Shown: piece by piece, positions 62,852-64,000 of the stretch
How positions within the stretch are numbered: position 1 is the first letter of the stretch
How the letters are laid out: each line of letters begins with the position of its first letter
NCBI RefSeq assembly: GCF_009914755.1
Contig: NC_060929.1
DNA from: the human T2T-CHM13v2.0 reference genome, Homo sapiens
Reading direction: 5' to 3' (one strand)
Length of the DNA: 64,000 nt
The notes under the pieces: model-generated
What the model saw: only the letters and a program-made list of their open reading frames with translations
The model's database searches: none
Told to the model about the DNA's origin: nothing
Position numbers and translations under genes: made by a program

Positions 62852-63781
62852 ATGCTCTACTTCCATACTACTAACATTACAAGTTTATTTCCGTTATCTT
62901 TTGATTTAGGTATTTCCATTGTTTTATGAAATGTGAACACGATAGTATGCTGACAGTATAAGCCCCTGTTGAACATATTGATGTATATTAGCTCGAAAAG
63001 TCCTAAGGTCTGGGTTTTCATCTTCTATGTAAGAATTAGTGAACTTCTTAAAAAGACATTGTGAATTTAAAATGTGAACTATTAAATGAGGAGAATGCAC
63101 ACCATGAGAACAAGGACTTTTTTTGTTTATTTACCACTGTATTCCCAGCACCAGGCATAGATAGGGCTTGACTCACTGTAGACACCAATACATAGTTGTT
63201 GAGTGGGAATAAAAGTGTATGAGGGAACTCCTAAACCTTTTGGAGTTGTAGGATTCCACTGTTTTGATTTATTGGCATTTTCCTGTCTCTCCTCAAAGTT
63301 TTCTGTGTTAAATTAAGGTAGGTTAATATGATGTGTTAGAAAATCTGGTGACATATGTTAAGATAATTGGCAATGTTCTGTTTTGTAATTCATAAATTAG
63401 TATTAACTGTACTCTTGACATTGGTGACCTTTACGAATTGTTCAATTTGGGTGCATATAGTTTCCATAGTGGTTTATTATTAGGCATTTTTTAAAAAACA
63501 GTCAAACTGTTTATCTGTTCATGAATGCTGTGGTGTATAAACCGGGTAGGGAGAGCAGTGCTGAGATTCTCATGCTGAGCAGATGGCAGGGCCTGCTTGC
63601 CAGCCACATGGCTTCCTCCTGCACACTGCCTTTGCTGCTCACACTCATCATATATTTTTCTGAATGCCCAGTCTCACCCATGCTATGGTCTTTAGGGGTC
63701 TCTTGGAAAGAGTTAAAATTTCAGATGTTAAATTCCTGAATGCCCAGAGACTACTGTAATAATTAGACTTTAAGGTGTTAG

Positions 63782-63961
<180 letters not shown>

Positions 63962-64000
63962 TAGCAAGATGCGTTTTCTATCTGTGATCACTTCTCATGT

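Overview
Human genomic DNA, judged from two human-specific AluYb8 elements and the recognisable NNT protein. The window covers the CpG-island promoter and 5' third of NNT (mitochondrial NAD(P) transhydrogenase, + strand): two candidate non-coding first exons and coding exons 2-8. These join in frame into 1098 nt / 366 codons (presequence plus most of NAD(H)-binding domain dI). The upstream ~22 kb, the territory of the divergent lncRNA NNT-AS1, is mostly repeats: a solo HERV-K LTR5, a truncated MER41-like ERV1 provirus that split a MIR and hosts a full-length processed AMD1 pseudogene (itself hit by two Alus), plus MaLR/MER57 LTRs, L1, L2 and many Alus. I see no new protein-coding gene, CRISPR array or foreign insert, and nothing I can call a demonstrably new biological system. 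The best leads are hypotheses: (i) two near-identical direct AluYb8 copies bracketing exons 2-3 (NAHR substrate); (ii) inverted young Alus bracketing exons 4-5, whose 306-nt circle would be a stop-free ORF; (iii) a sense solo LTR7 just upstream of the ATG exon; (iv) a tiny L1-retroposed polyadenylated LTR12 R-region copy; (v) tandem GAS motifs in the MER41-like 3' LTR; (vi) a mutated MAGDIS polyamine-sensing uORF in the AMD1 retrocopy. Repeat subfamily names come from recalled consensus sequences and need RepeatMasker/Dfam confirmation; repeat ends without TSDs are approximate.
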